32,000 nt of DNA, taken from positions 540,001 through 572,000 of the forward strand of contig CP095464.1 of assembly GCA_021294815.2 (NCBI GenBank). The letters are read 5' to 3'. Within the stretch, counting starts at the first letter, position 1. The number at the start of each line of letters is the position of its first letter. A program made the translations under genes and the position numbers. Origin of the DNA: Verrucomicrobiota bacterium. GTDB taxonomy: Bacteria > Verrucomicrobiota > Verrucomicrobiia > Opitutales > LL51. The notes under the pieces are model-generated. The model was not told the origin of the DNA. It was given only the letters and a program-made list of their open reading frames with translations, and ran no database searches. Shown here in pieces: positions 10,794-20,913 of the stretch.

Positions 10794-11750
10794 CTAAAAA
10801 ATGTGGTCTAATGTCAGGCCCGTTGCCGTAAACTTGTCACGTCGATGGTAACTGCCAGAGAGATGAAAAGTTAAAAGCCAGTGCGAGGCGAGCGCATAGT
10901 GGAAATCGGTCGATAATAGGAAGTGATTTTTGATCGGCTTCGTCGTTTTTGGAAGTTCTGTCTTGCCGTGATAATTCAAGGCGCCACCATGCTCGCGATG
11001 CCGGAAGTTATGTTGGCCCCCGAGAAAAAATCGGATATCGAACTTCGCGCGATCGTGTACAAGGTAAAGGCCCGCGATTCCATCGAGATCCGACGCGTGG
11101 AAGTTCTGTTGATCCCAATCTTTTGCGCCGTGGTACTTGATGTGGTCGTTGATAAGGCCAATCATCGGGCCAAAGGACCAGGCGTGATGATCCCATAGGT
11201 AAGTAGCGGTGTATTGGCTGTGGAGTGTTCGGCACTGGTGTTTTTGGTAATTCAATGACGTGTGCCCTAAATCAGTCCGCGCCGAACCGAAGGAAAGGAG
11301 CGTGCTCGTTGCAATTTCAAGACCCCAAATATGAAAGTGACCGCCGTATCCGAAAAATCCCTGTTCGATACGTGTGCGTTTTAGTAAATCTCCCGAAAAC
11401 TTGAGGCGATCCCGTGCGCCACCGCCAAAGAGTCCCAGCGCATAGGCCCGACGCAGTAGAGGGCTGTTATAGGAGAGATTGCAGCCTGCAAGCGCAAGCG
11501 CTGTTGAGCCATGAAATTGATCCCCCGAGTGCCAAGCGTTGTGAGCGCTTCCATAGATTTGAAATGGGAACTTTTTTTGTGGAAAGATTTCGTGCCACTC
11601 AATGAGATGTTGAAGTCCCGTTTGACTAATGACCTTTGCATTATGACGTAGTGCCGAGGTCATTTCGGTGTATCGGTTCTCGTACGCGGAGCAGGCTAAA
11701 GTGCCCAAAATAAGAAAAATGCCCCAAAGTTTCGTTTTACTTGCCACCAT
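10794..11750 (-). CDS. Putative outer-membrane beta-barrel protein
   Basis: Signal peptide MVASKTKLWGIFLILGTLACSAY (possibly lipidated at C). Alternating Gly/aromatic/His-rich amphipathic segments, and a C-terminal TGLTLDHIF ending in Phe (OMP beta-signal). No named family recognised. Confidence 0.55.
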   Translation of the reverse strand: MVASKTKLWGIFLILGTLACSAYENRYTEMTSALRHNAKVISQTGLQHLIEWHEIFPQKKFPFQIYGSAHNAWHSGDQFHGSTALALAGCNLSYNSPLLRRAYALGLFGGGARDRLKFSGDLLKRTRIEQGFFGYGGHFHIWGLEIATSTLLSFGSARTDLGHTSLNYQKHQCRTLHSQYTATYLWDHHAWSFGPMIGLINDHIKYHGAKDWDQQNFHASDLDGIAGLYLVHDRAKFDIRFFLGGQHNFRHREHGGALNYHGKTELPKTTKPIKNHFLLSTDFHYALASHWLLTFHLSGSYHRRDKFTATGLTLDHIF

Positions 11751-11842
11751 TCCCCAAAAAAAGTGTCGATTGAGACGTAGGGATCAAGCTCGATTCTTTT
11801 TATTGCACTTAGATAAAAATTTTTTCAGAATGGATAGCTACG

Positions 11843-12595
11843 GTGGACTCGGCCCTGACAGTACACGACTTGACTTTAGCCTATGGGGAGACGGTCGTGA
11901 TGCGTGATCTCGAGTTTCAGATTAAACACGGCGAAATTTTTTTAGTTATTGGTGGCAGTGGATGCGGCAAAAGCACATTGCTAAAGCATCTCATTGGGAT
12001 TGAGCCCGTTCCCCGGGGAAAAGTACAATATGGCGAGGAAGATGTGAATGACGTGGTTACCTCCGAACAAATCGCTCAAAAACTTGGTGTCCTCTACCAA
12101 AGCGGAGCGCTATGGGGGGATCTCACAATTGCGGAAAATGTCGCCCTGCCACTGAGCTATCACACTGATCTCTCGGAGCGCGATATTGCGGATCTCGTAG
12201 CATTTAAGTTGTCGTTGGTCGGCTTATCGGGGTTTGAAACATTCTATCCCTACGAAATTTCGGGGGGAATGAAGAAGCGTGCTGGCCTCGCGCGGGCGAT
12301 GATTCTTGATCCCGAGATTTTATTTTTCGACGAACCCTCGGCGGGTCTCGATCCGATTTCGTCGAAACACCTCGATGACCTTATTCGGGAAATTCGAGAT
12401 TGCTTCGGGACGACGATCGTAATTGTGACCCATGAGCTCGCGAGTATTTTTTCGATCGGTGACCGGGCGTTATTTTTAGATGCAGAGACGCAAAGCGCAC
12501 TCGACATTGGAAAGCCCACATGGCTACGGGATCACTCAAAGCCAAAAGTACGGGAATTTTTAACGAGAGGAGGGGGCCATGAGCCAAAAGTGTAG
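11843..12595 (+). CDS. mlaF: ABC transporter ATP-binding protein, MlaF-like
   Basis: GTG start. Walker A GGSGCGKST, signature ISGGMKKRAGLARA, Walker B ILFFDEPSAGLDP. The size and the downstream MCE gene fit the MlaF subfamily. Confidence 0.85.
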   Translation: MDSALTVHDLTLAYGETVVMRDLEFQIKHGEIFLVIGGSGCGKSTLLKHLIGIEPVPRGKVQYGEEDVNDVVTSEQIAQKLGVLYQSGALWGDLTIAENVALPLSYHTDLSERDIADLVAFKLSLVGLSGFETFYPYEISGGMKKRAGLARAMILDPEILFFDEPSAGLDPISSKHLDDLIREIRDCFGTTIVIVTHELASIFSIGDRALFLDAETQSALDIGKPTWLRDHSKPKVREFLTRGGGHEPKV

Positions 12596-13586
12596 CCCAA
12601 CTCTAATTGGTATCTTCGTTGTTTTCGCCCTAGCAATTTTGGTAGGGATGGGAGCGGTGCTGTTTAATAACAAACTTTTTAAGCCGACCACGAAGTTCGT
12701 GATGTATTTTGATAGCTCGATGAATGGGCTCGATGTTGGTGCCCCAGTCAAGTTTAAGGGAGTTCGCATCGGTGAAGTCAAATCGATTGACGTTTCATAC
12801 GATACCGAGACTGGCGTTGTTTTGACTCCAGTGATTGTGGAGCTTAATTCGTCGATTTTTGCTCCCAGTGCGCGTCCACTTTCTCGGGCTGAAAGCGATC
12901 AGTTCTTTAACCACCAGATTATGGGTGGGCTCGCGGCGAAGCTCTCGATGGAGAGCATCATTACGGGGAAATTATTTGTTGAGCTCGATTATCACCGGCC
13001 GAATAAGGCGCGATTTTACGGGAAAAATGAGACAAAGTGGACGCAGATTCCGACTGTACGCTCTGCGATCGAAAAGTTTATGTCGAGTGCGGATAACATC
13101 ATTAAAAAGCTCAGCGCCATCGACTTTGGTGCGCTTTCTCGACATGCGACCTCGATCCTAGCCTCGATTGACCAACAGATCCAAAAAACCGACCTCCGCG
13201 AGCTCGTCCATAATTTCTCTGTGATGGCGGTAACGATCCGCGACTTTTTCTCCTCGGAAATGATCCAAAACCTTTTGAAGTCGATTCAGTCCGCGGCAAA
13301 GGGCTTTGACCAGGTATGCGCGAAGCTATCATTGGCAATCGACCGCCTTGAACAGAAATGTGATACAACTTTGGAGGATGCGCAAGGAGGGATCCACGAA
13401 TTTATTGCGGTATGTCGGCGAATTGAGGAAATTACATCGCCGGAATCGGATATTCGACAGAATGTTAAGGTACTTTTACTCCGTGGGGCCCAGGCGATTC
13501 GCTCGCTCCAATCCCTTCTTGATCTATTAAATAAGTCGCCCAATGCACTTTTAACGGGAGTTGATTATGGACATGACGCGCGTTAG
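12579..13586 (+). CDS. mlaD: MCE-domain protein (MlaD/PqiB family), single MCE plus a long helical C-terminus
   Basis: N-terminal TM helix TLIGIFVVFALAILVGMGAVLF. MCE core VMYFDSSMNGLDVGAPVKFKGVRIGEVKSIDV. Strong GAGAGGAGGGGG Shine-Dalgarno sequence. Overlaps mlaF by 17 nt. Confidence 0.8.
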   Translation: MSQKCSPTLIGIFVVFALAILVGMGAVLFNNKLFKPTTKFVMYFDSSMNGLDVGAPVKFKGVRIGEVKSIDVSYDTETGVVLTPVIVELNSSIFAPSARPLSRAESDQFFNHQIMGGLAAKLSMESIITGKLFVELDYHRPNKARFYGKNETKWTQIPTVRSAIEKFMSSADNIIKKLSAIDFGALSRHATSILASIDQQIQKTDLRELVHNFSVMAVTIRDFFSSEMIQNLLKSIQSAAKGFDQVCAKLSLAIDRLEQKCDTTLEDAQGGIHEFIAVCRRIEEITSPESDIRQNVKVLLLRGAQAIRSLQSLLDLLNKSPNALLTGVDYGHDAR

Positions 13587-14196
13587 TATCGTTCCCCTCA
13601 TCTTGTTCCTTGCGGGATGTCAGATATTAGAGCCAAAGCCCGACGAGACGCGGCTTTTTCTGATAGCGCCACGGATACCAGAAGTTTCAGCGCCAGCGAT
13701 TAATCAGGCGACCGTACGGATTTCGATCCGGCATTTCCCAAAACATCTCGAGAGTCCTTACTTTATCGAACAACTTGGGCCGAATGAGCTCAAAGAACTC
13801 CCGAAGTACCGTTGGGCGGTCCCGCTTGAAGAGAGTATTTTGGACCTGCTCCGGCGCTATATTCGCAATAGCTTCCCGCGAGTTGCCGTTGAGATCTTTC
13901 CCCGAGATAGCGCGCAGGACGCCGATCACGCGATCCGCATTGATGTCGAGGAGTTGGCAATTGATATCCGTAACCAGCGCATTAGCTTTACGGGAGAGTG
14001 GGAGTTTTATAATCTGAAGCAAAAGTCATCGGATCGCTCGCCATTTGAATTTCATATGCCCCTTCCCGCATCGTCGGACCGTTACGCTTCCATTGCGGCC
14101 CAAATTGAACAGGCCATGATCGCCCTCTGTCTGAGTATTGTTCAAAAGATGGATCTCCTATTGCTTAAGAGCGAATCTGAGACTAATGCCCCCTAA
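13567..14196 (+). CDS. ABC-type transport auxiliary lipoprotein (PqiC/YmbA, DUF330-like)
   Basis: Canonical lipobox LFLAGC. About 200 aa and located directly after the MCE gene. The layout resembles YmbA (WAVPLEESILDLLRRYI; IRIDVEEL..ISFTGEWEF). ATG 13567 is preceded by GGGAG. Confidence 0.65.
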   Translation: MDMTRVSIVPLILFLAGCQILEPKPDETRLFLIAPRIPEVSAPAINQATVRISIRHFPKHLESPYFIEQLGPNELKELPKYRWAVPLEESILDLLRRYIRNSFPRVAVEIFPRDSAQDADHAIRIDVEELAIDIRNQRISFTGEWEFYNLKQKSSDRSPFEFHMPLPASSDRYASIAAQIEQAMIALCLSIVQKMDLLLLKSESETNAP

Positions 14197-15558
<1,362 letters not shown>

Positions 15559-15624
15559 CGTTCTTTCAATACCCACTCACAGATTCTTTTCATATAACAA
15601 CCACTTCCTTTAAGGGAGTTATCG

Positions 15625-15654
15625 GGGCGCAGTCGAAAGGCTGCGCTTTTGCGT
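15625..15654 (+). terminator. Rho-independent terminator downstream of eno
   Basis: GCGCAG-tcgaaagg-CTGCGC stem-loop (15627-15646) followed by TTTTGCGTT. Confidence 0.6.
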
Positions 15655-15687
15655 TGAAAGATCTCTTTCGGCGCGCACGATCTTTCT

Positions 15688-16419
15688 ATGGGTTCTTTAA
15701 GACAGGCGTTGCGCTATGAGTACCGCAGTCTACGCACATCACCGCAGCTCTATCTGCTCATTGGACTTTTTGTCCTAATAATGGGAGTAGTCTTGTTAAG
15801 TGCCATCCGAGATTATACAACACTACATCAAAGTGAACCTCTTTTGACGCGGTTATTTCAAGCGCTTTGGGTACCTTCATTGTTGATCTTACCGGCATTG
15901 AGCATATCCGTATTTTTTTCAAGACTGCCGCGGCAGCTTTTAGAACTTCCGCCATGGAAGACGGTGTTTTCGAAATTTGTTGTGGCCATGACCGCGTATT
16001 TGGGCTTGTGGCTATTCGCGAGTTTTTCCTGTGAAATTGCTCATTGGATTGCGCCGAGTTTACCCATTGAAAAGTGCGTGGCCCCTTATGTCCGCTGGGG
16101 AGGACTGTATTTCGTGGCGGCGTGGAGTAGCATTCTCATCGCGATAGATTTGTGGATTTGTAGTTGTATGTCTACTCCCATAGCGGCGTTGATAGCGACC
16201 AGTTGTGCGCATTTTCTCATCCTATTGTTTGGAGGGATGTTCCAAGGCCTGGCGTTATTATCCCCACCGATGGGATACTCTCTCTATACAGATTACAACC
16301 TGTGGACACAACTTGGTGATTGTTGCCACGGCATTTTGGATACACGGATCGTGACCGGTTATGGAGCGGTGACGTTTGTATTTCTCTGTCTGGCTGTAAT
16401 TACCTTGCGTCGCGAATGA
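15688..16419 (+). CDS. Polytopic membrane protein, possibly an ABC-2-type permease-like protein
   Basis: About 6 TM helices. The N-terminus LRYEYRSLRTSPQLYLLIGLFVLIMGVVLL resembles ABC-2/GldF-like permease N-termini. No partner ATPase is adjacent. The family assignment is weak. Confidence 0.45.
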   Translation: MGSLRQALRYEYRSLRTSPQLYLLIGLFVLIMGVVLLSAIRDYTTLHQSEPLLTRLFQALWVPSLLILPALSISVFFSRLPRQLLELPPWKTVFSKFVVAMTAYLGLWLFASFSCEIAHWIAPSLPIEKCVAPYVRWGGLYFVAAWSSILIAIDLWICSCMSTPIAALIATSCAHFLILLFGGMFQGLALLSPPMGYSLYTDYNLWTQLGDCCHGILDTRIVTGYGAVTFVFLCLAVITLRRE

Positions 16420-16555
16420 AAAAAGAGTTGTATTCTGTATTTTTCTAGTCATATCAAGAGCACTGCCACTCGTAATTGAGCAGAGCGGCGCGCGCTTATT
16501 CGCTTTTTAGACGGCTTGATCACACATCGTAGGCGCGATTCGATAAAAAAATATC

Positions 16556-18490
16556 ATGGAGGATGAAATCTTAAACGAAGAGGCGTCAGCACCGAAGAAA
16601 AGGGCGACGCGGAAGTCAACGTTAACGACAGAGGCAGCACCCCAAAAACGTACGGTTCGGAAGTCTCGAGCGGCCAAAACAACAACGACCGACGAAGCAC
16701 CTGCCGAGTCTACGCTCACATACGAGTATTCCGATTCGGTACGTCTTGAGGCTGTCGAAGATTGGTCCCCGGTTCGTAGCGAGTCCGTTAGTGACCAGAG
16801 TGTTCGAGAAGTTTCACAACCTGTTGCGGAGTCACCGGTATCGAGAGGGGACAATACCATGATGGATACCGTCGAAGAGCCGCAATACCGCCGATTCCGA
16901 CGGCTACCGCGTCCTCCGGAGTCGCTCAATTCGGAGAATCAAAACCGAAACGATCACCATCGATCACAGTCCTCGGATCGAGGAAATAACCCGATGCGCA
17001 ACAATTTTCGTAATAACGAGCCCCATAATCCGCGGCAAGGGAACGAAAACAATTTCCGCAAAAATCCGCCGTTTAATAATAATCGACAGAATAACAATAA
17101 CCGACGGCGTCCGGCGGCGACAATTCGGATCGGGGCATTTTCTATCGGTTACCTACGTGGCCTCGAGTGTATGGAAGGTCGCGCCAAGTTGGATGAATTT
17201 TGCCAAACAATTGTTGACGAATCTCAAGAGCCACTCGACCTCAATGAGGTTCTGGCGAAGTCGAATGACGATCTGGCGGATTTCGCGAGCTCGATCGATC
17301 TCGACGAGGCAAACTCACGGGGACGAATTATCGATAGCTGTATCGCCTCAGCAGTAGAGGAACACCGTCCGGTGGCCGTGCGCGGGATTTTAGAATCGAT
17401 GGAAGGCGGCGACGGCATCATCACCTATGCTTGCGATAACTACAAGATTCGCGCCAAGAGTACGTTCGTTCCGCGGTGCCTCATTCAATCGCTCGGGTTA
17501 CGTCGGGGACAGACACTGATGGCCTACGTTCACGGCCCACAGGAGCAATCGACTTGCCCTTTTGCAATTAAAGTTACGGAAGTCCTAGGGCATCCCGCCG
17601 AGGAGGCGTCGAAATTTCCGCGATTTAAGGATTTGGTGCCGTACTATCCGACGGAACGTATTTTTCTCGAACAGCCAGGAGCAAGTTCCGGCGATAATTT
17701 GTCGATGCGGGTGATTGACCTGCTTTCGCCTATTGGGTTTGGTCAGCGTGGATTGATTGTCGCGCCGCCGCGTACCGGAAAAACAGTACTGTTACAGGGG
17801 ATTGCGAATGCCATTATCCATAACCAACCGAAGGCGAAGCTCATCGTATTATTGATTGATGAACGTCCGGAGGAGGTTACGGACTTTTCGCTCCAGGTGA
17901 AAGGCGCAGAGGTAATTAGCTCGACATTCGACGAGTCAGCGGAAAGCCACGTCCATGCGGCGGAGATCGTTATCGAGAACGCACGCCGTTGGGTTGAGGC
18001 CGGTGAACACGTCATCATTTTGCTCGATTCCATCACGCGCCTCGCTCGAGCGTACAACACCGAACAGCCGAGTTCCGGAAAGGTATTATCAGGGGGCGTC
18101 GAGGCCAATGCGCTACAGCTTCCAAAGCGCTTTTTCGGTTCTGCACGAAATATCGAGGGTGGCGGGAGTCTGACGATCATCGCGACCGCGCTCATCGAGA
18201 CCGGAAGCCGTATGGACGATGTCATTTTTGAGGAGTTTAAGGGGACAGGGAACATGGAGCTCCACCTCGATCGATCGATTTCCGATAAGCGTATTTTCCC
18301 GGCGATTAATCTTGAACGCAGTGGGACACGCAAGGAGGAATTGCTTTACCATCCCGATGAACTGACGAAGGTCTACAGCCTACGACGCGCGTTTCAAGGC
18401 GTTCCACCCGTCGAAGCAATGGAGATGCTTATCAACCGCTTAAAAAAGTGCCCAACGAATGTTGAATTCTTGATGAACCTCAATCGTTAA
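16556..18490 (+). CDS. rho: Transcription termination factor Rho with a long N-terminal extension
   Basis: The C-terminal ~450 aa are collinear with E. coli Rho ([83 protein letters not shown]). The first ~190 aa have no Rho counterpart. Confidence 0.95.
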   Translation: MEDEILNEEASAPKKRATRKSTLTTEAAPQKRTVRKSRAAKTTTTDEAPAESTLTYEYSDSVRLEAVEDWSPVRSESVSDQSVREVSQPVAESPVSRGDNTMMDTVEEPQYRRFRRLPRPPESLNSENQNRNDHHRSQSSDRGNNPMRNNFRNNEPHNPRQGNENNFRKNPPFNNNRQNNNNRRRPAATIRIGAFSIGYLRGLECMEGRAKLDEFCQTIVDESQEPLDLNEVLAKSNDDLADFASSIDLDEANSRGRIIDSCIASAVEEHRPVAVRGILESMEGGDGIITYACDNYKIRAKSTFVPRCLIQSLGLRRGQTLMAYVHGPQEQSTCPFAIKVTEVLGHPAEEASKFPRFKDLVPYYPTERIFLEQPGASSGDNLSMRVIDLLSPIGFGQRGLIVAPPRTGKTVLLQGIANAIIHNQPKAKLIVLLIDERPEEVTDFSLQVKGAEVISSTFDESAESHVHAAEIVIENARRWVEAGEHVIILLDSITRLARAYNTEQPSSGKVLSGGVEANALQLPKRFFGSARNIEGGGSLTIIATALIETGSRMDDVIFEEFKGTGNMELHLDRSISDKRIFPAINLERSGTRKEELLYHPDELTKVYSLRRAFQGVPPVEAMEMLINRLKKCPTNVEFLMNLNR

Positions 18491-19686
18491 CCGACCTGTT
18501 CCAGTATTCCGAGCGTGATAATGGCGACGCCACATACAAATACGCCGAACAGTACGAGTTTGTTTTTCAGCAACAGTTCGCACTTGAGGTGCCCTCGAGC
18601 CTGCATCTTAAACGCAAGAATAACGGGGACGATAATCGCTAACGTCGCGAGGATAATGCCCGCAAGGTTAAGGATTTTGATAAAAGCATTGGGGACAAAT
18701 GCTGCAACGAGTGCCGGTAGAAAGACGATACTAGCAACTGAAAGCCATTTTGAAAAATGCTCCCGGCGCTGAAAGATATCTAAAAGTGCAAGTCCGACGC
18801 CCAAAATCGACGTCAATAGCGCAAACAACGAAACAAACCAGACGATAATTTGAATGTTTTTCGAAGCAGCAGCTTTGCTGAGGACGGTCACGAGTGCGCC
18901 GACATCGATATTCGTATCCATGAGCATGCGTTGGAAAAATACGGCATCAGTATTCGCGACAATTAAAAGAACTGCCAGCGTCCAGACAATGTACACGATG
19001 GCGGGTATCAGACTTCCCCAGAAACATGCATTTTTAATGAGCTCGCGGTCGTTTTGACAGAACTTCGTCATCGAATGGATGGAACCCTGAAGCCCAAAAG
19101 ACGTAAAAACAATCGGGACGAGACAAGTCCAGTCCTTGAGCGTGATATGAGCAACGCATTGAGGAACAAACGCGATTGGTGTCCGTATGAGCAGAAAAAC
19201 GATCAACAGCAGTAACGTGCTGAATAACGCGATGAAGAAAAATTTGTTGACGTGGACGATGAGGTCTGAGGCGAGTAAGAATAGCAGCGCAATCCCAGAG
19301 GAGGCGTAGCAAATCATCGTCGTCGGCGTGATAGTATTGCCGCAAAGCGAGCACAAAATCGACGAAAAACTCGGGATGTAAGCGGCAAGAAGGGCGAAGT
19401 TTAACGCGATTAATAAAAAATTACCGAAACTTCCCCAGAATGGACAATGCAGCTCTTTACCGAGTTCTTTGAGGGTTGCGTCGGCATGCGCATTGAGATT
19501 GAGGTCGGAGCGAATGACTGCCGTAAGGTAGATGAGCAGGGCGAAAAAGAGCATGATGAGGCATGTGTTTACGATACCAAATTTCGCCAATACAATCGGC
19601 AACGAAAGAATTCCCGAGCCAATCGCTGTCCCCGCGAGTAAAAAGATCGCCCCTAGCTGTTTTTGTAGTCTTGCAATTCCCATCAT
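18487..19686 (-). CDS. Aromatic amino acid permease of the HAAAP family (TyrP/Mtr-like)
   Basis: 11-12 TM helices. The N-terminal LLAGTAIGSGILSLPIVLAKFG matches the TyrP/Mtr signature region. Its stop overlaps the rho stop convergently (TTAA). Confidence 0.75.
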   Translation of the reverse strand: MMGIARLQKQLGAIFLLAGTAIGSGILSLPIVLAKFGIVNTCLIMLFFALLIYLTAVIRSDLNLNAHADATLKELGKELHCPFWGSFGNFLLIALNFALLAAYIPSFSSILCSLCGNTITPTTMICYASSGIALLFLLASDLIVHVNKFFFIALFSTLLLLIVFLLIRTPIAFVPQCVAHITLKDWTCLVPIVFTSFGLQGSIHSMTKFCQNDRELIKNACFWGSLIPAIVYIVWTLAVLLIVANTDAVFFQRMLMDTNIDVGALVTVLSKAAASKNIQIIVWFVSLFALLTSILGVGLALLDIFQRREHFSKWLSVASIVFLPALVAAFVPNAFIKILNLAGIILATLAIIVPVILAFKMQARGHLKCELLLKNKLVLFGVFVCGVAIITLGILEQVG

Positions 19687-19742
19687 TGAACTCCTGGCGC
19701 GGATGCAACGAAGTTTTATGGATTTTACAAGGAGAATTGTGG

Positions 19743-20720
19743 CTATATCAGGCGTTCGACGAGCATTTGCGTCTCAAGTCCCGGAAAGCGCTCCGAAAAT
19801 ATCTGGCTTTCGGGTGTCGATGCGAGAAGGTGCGAAACCATTCCCATTTTGGCATCGAGATTGTCGACCAAAGAGACAAAAATTGCTTCCGGTGTCGACG
19901 GCAGTACCGCGGCGCCATACTCGAGTTGGCCTTGGTGGCTTAAAATGATGTGCTCTAGGCGTTCGAGGAGCTCTGTTGGGAGGCCGCACTTAAGGCCCGC
20001 TGCCCGGGTGATCCGGTATCCCAAAATAATGTGCCCCTGGAGGTTCCCGAGTTTTGTCCGCGTCACCGCGAGGTCGCCGGCGTACTCATGAACCTTGCCG
20101 ATGTCGTGAAGAATCATCCCCGCGACGGTGAGATCGTATGGGATGTCGGGGTAGACCTTGAGCAGAGCAATACCGGCGCGTGTGACATGAACAGTGTGCT
20201 CGAGAAGCCCCGATTTATAGGCGTGGTGCATCGATTTCGCCGCAACGCTCGTAAAAAATGCCTCCCCGACGTCATTGAGCGCGACCTTAACGGTTTTTTG
20301 TAGGAGTGGATGCTGGATAGACTCAATGTCTTCGAGAAGTTCTTGCCGGAGTTGTTCGGGGTCTTCCATCGAGGTCTGCTCGAGCTGTGTACGCCAGTTG
20401 CCTTCTTGGATCTCCTGGTCCGATAACCGACGCGCTGAAAGGATGTCAGGGCTAAATGTGCCCTGGTAGTGTCGACTCATCCCTTCGATAAAAATGACAT
20501 CGCCGGGATTGCAGCTGTGGAAAAAATTAAAGACCGAGGAGCTCGAAAAACACGTAAAACCAAATGAGGAAAACTTATCGCCAACCTCGACCTTGAGGAA
20601 CTCGGAACCATTTTTGGCATTTCGCGATTCGACTTTACGGACGACGACGACCGCTTTAAAGATGACGGATTGCCCCTCGGGAAGTGACTTCAACTCGACG
20701 GTATTCGAGAATTTCTCCAT
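19743..20720 (-). CDS. OB-fold plus HD-domain phosphohydrolase (YhaM-like 3'-5' exoribonuclease family)
   Basis: N-terminal OB-like region (FKAVVVVRKVESRNAKNGSEFLKVEVGD). HD domain motifs HHAYKSGLLEHTVHV and ILHDIGK. The track ORF begins at TTG 20732, but ATG 20720 (MEKFSNTV) is more likely. Confidence 0.7.
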   Translation of the reverse strand: MEKFSNTVELKSLPEGQSVIFKAVVVVRKVESRNAKNGSEFLKVEVGDKFSSFGFTCFSSSSVFNFFHSCNPGDVIFIEGMSRHYQGTFSPDILSARRLSDQEIQEGNWRTQLEQTSMEDPEQLRQELLEDIESIQHPLLQKTVKVALNDVGEAFFTSVAAKSMHHAYKSGLLEHTVHVTRAGIALLKVYPDIPYDLTVAGMILHDIGKVHEYAGDLAVTRTKLGNLQGHIILGYRITRAAGLKCGLPTELLERLEHIILSHQGQLEYGAAVLPSTPEAIFVSLVDNLDAKMGMVSHLLASTPESQIFSERFPGLETQMLVERLI

Positions 20721-20776
20721 GAATTGAGACAAATCGAAAGTGAAGCAGAGGCAACCGGAAACCGCGCATTTAGAGC

Positions 20777-20808
20777 AATAAAAAAGCGCCGCATAAGGCG
20801 CAGCGCTT
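20777..20808 (-). terminator. Rho-independent terminator (minus strand) after the radical-SAM gene
   Basis: The minus-strand RNA has a GCGCC-UUAUGC-GGCGC stem-loop (20786-20801) immediately followed by UUUUUUAUU. Confidence 0.7.
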
Positions 20809-20871
20809 AGGTTATAAAAAAGGAATACATTTCGCTAATACCTATAAGACGAGCTTCCCGGGAGAACGTTC

Positions 20872-20907
20872 AAAAATTTTTTCGATAAAAAATTTTTTTC
20901 GAAAAAA
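20872..20907. repeat. Tandem A-tract/T-tract self-complementary repeats (A5T6CGA, A6T7CGA, A-run)
   Basis: The sequence is AAAAATTTTTTCGA-T-AAAAAATTTTTTTCGAAAAAA, which includes the perfect palindrome TTTTTTCGAAAAAA. It lies just downstream of the radical-SAM stop and just upstream of a TTGAAC -35-like hexamer on the minus strand. Confidence 0.6.
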
Positions 20908-20913
20908 CGCGCT

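Noticed and set aside
11751..11842. A possible sigma70 promoter (TTGCAC-17 nt-CAGAAT) in the divergent OMP/mlaF spacer.
   Set aside because: The -10-like hexamer would lie only ~11 nt from the GTG start of mlaF, and the match is modest. It is too speculative to list as a feature.
16507..18333. ORFs antisense to rho: 16507-16929(-), 17743-18333(-) and others.
   Set aside because: These are shadow frames of a confidently identified gene and contain no motifs.
19532..19948. Two (+) ORFs of 126 and 138 aa spanning the permease/HD-gene junction.
   Set aside because: They overlap two well-supported minus-strand genes and have no recognisable features.
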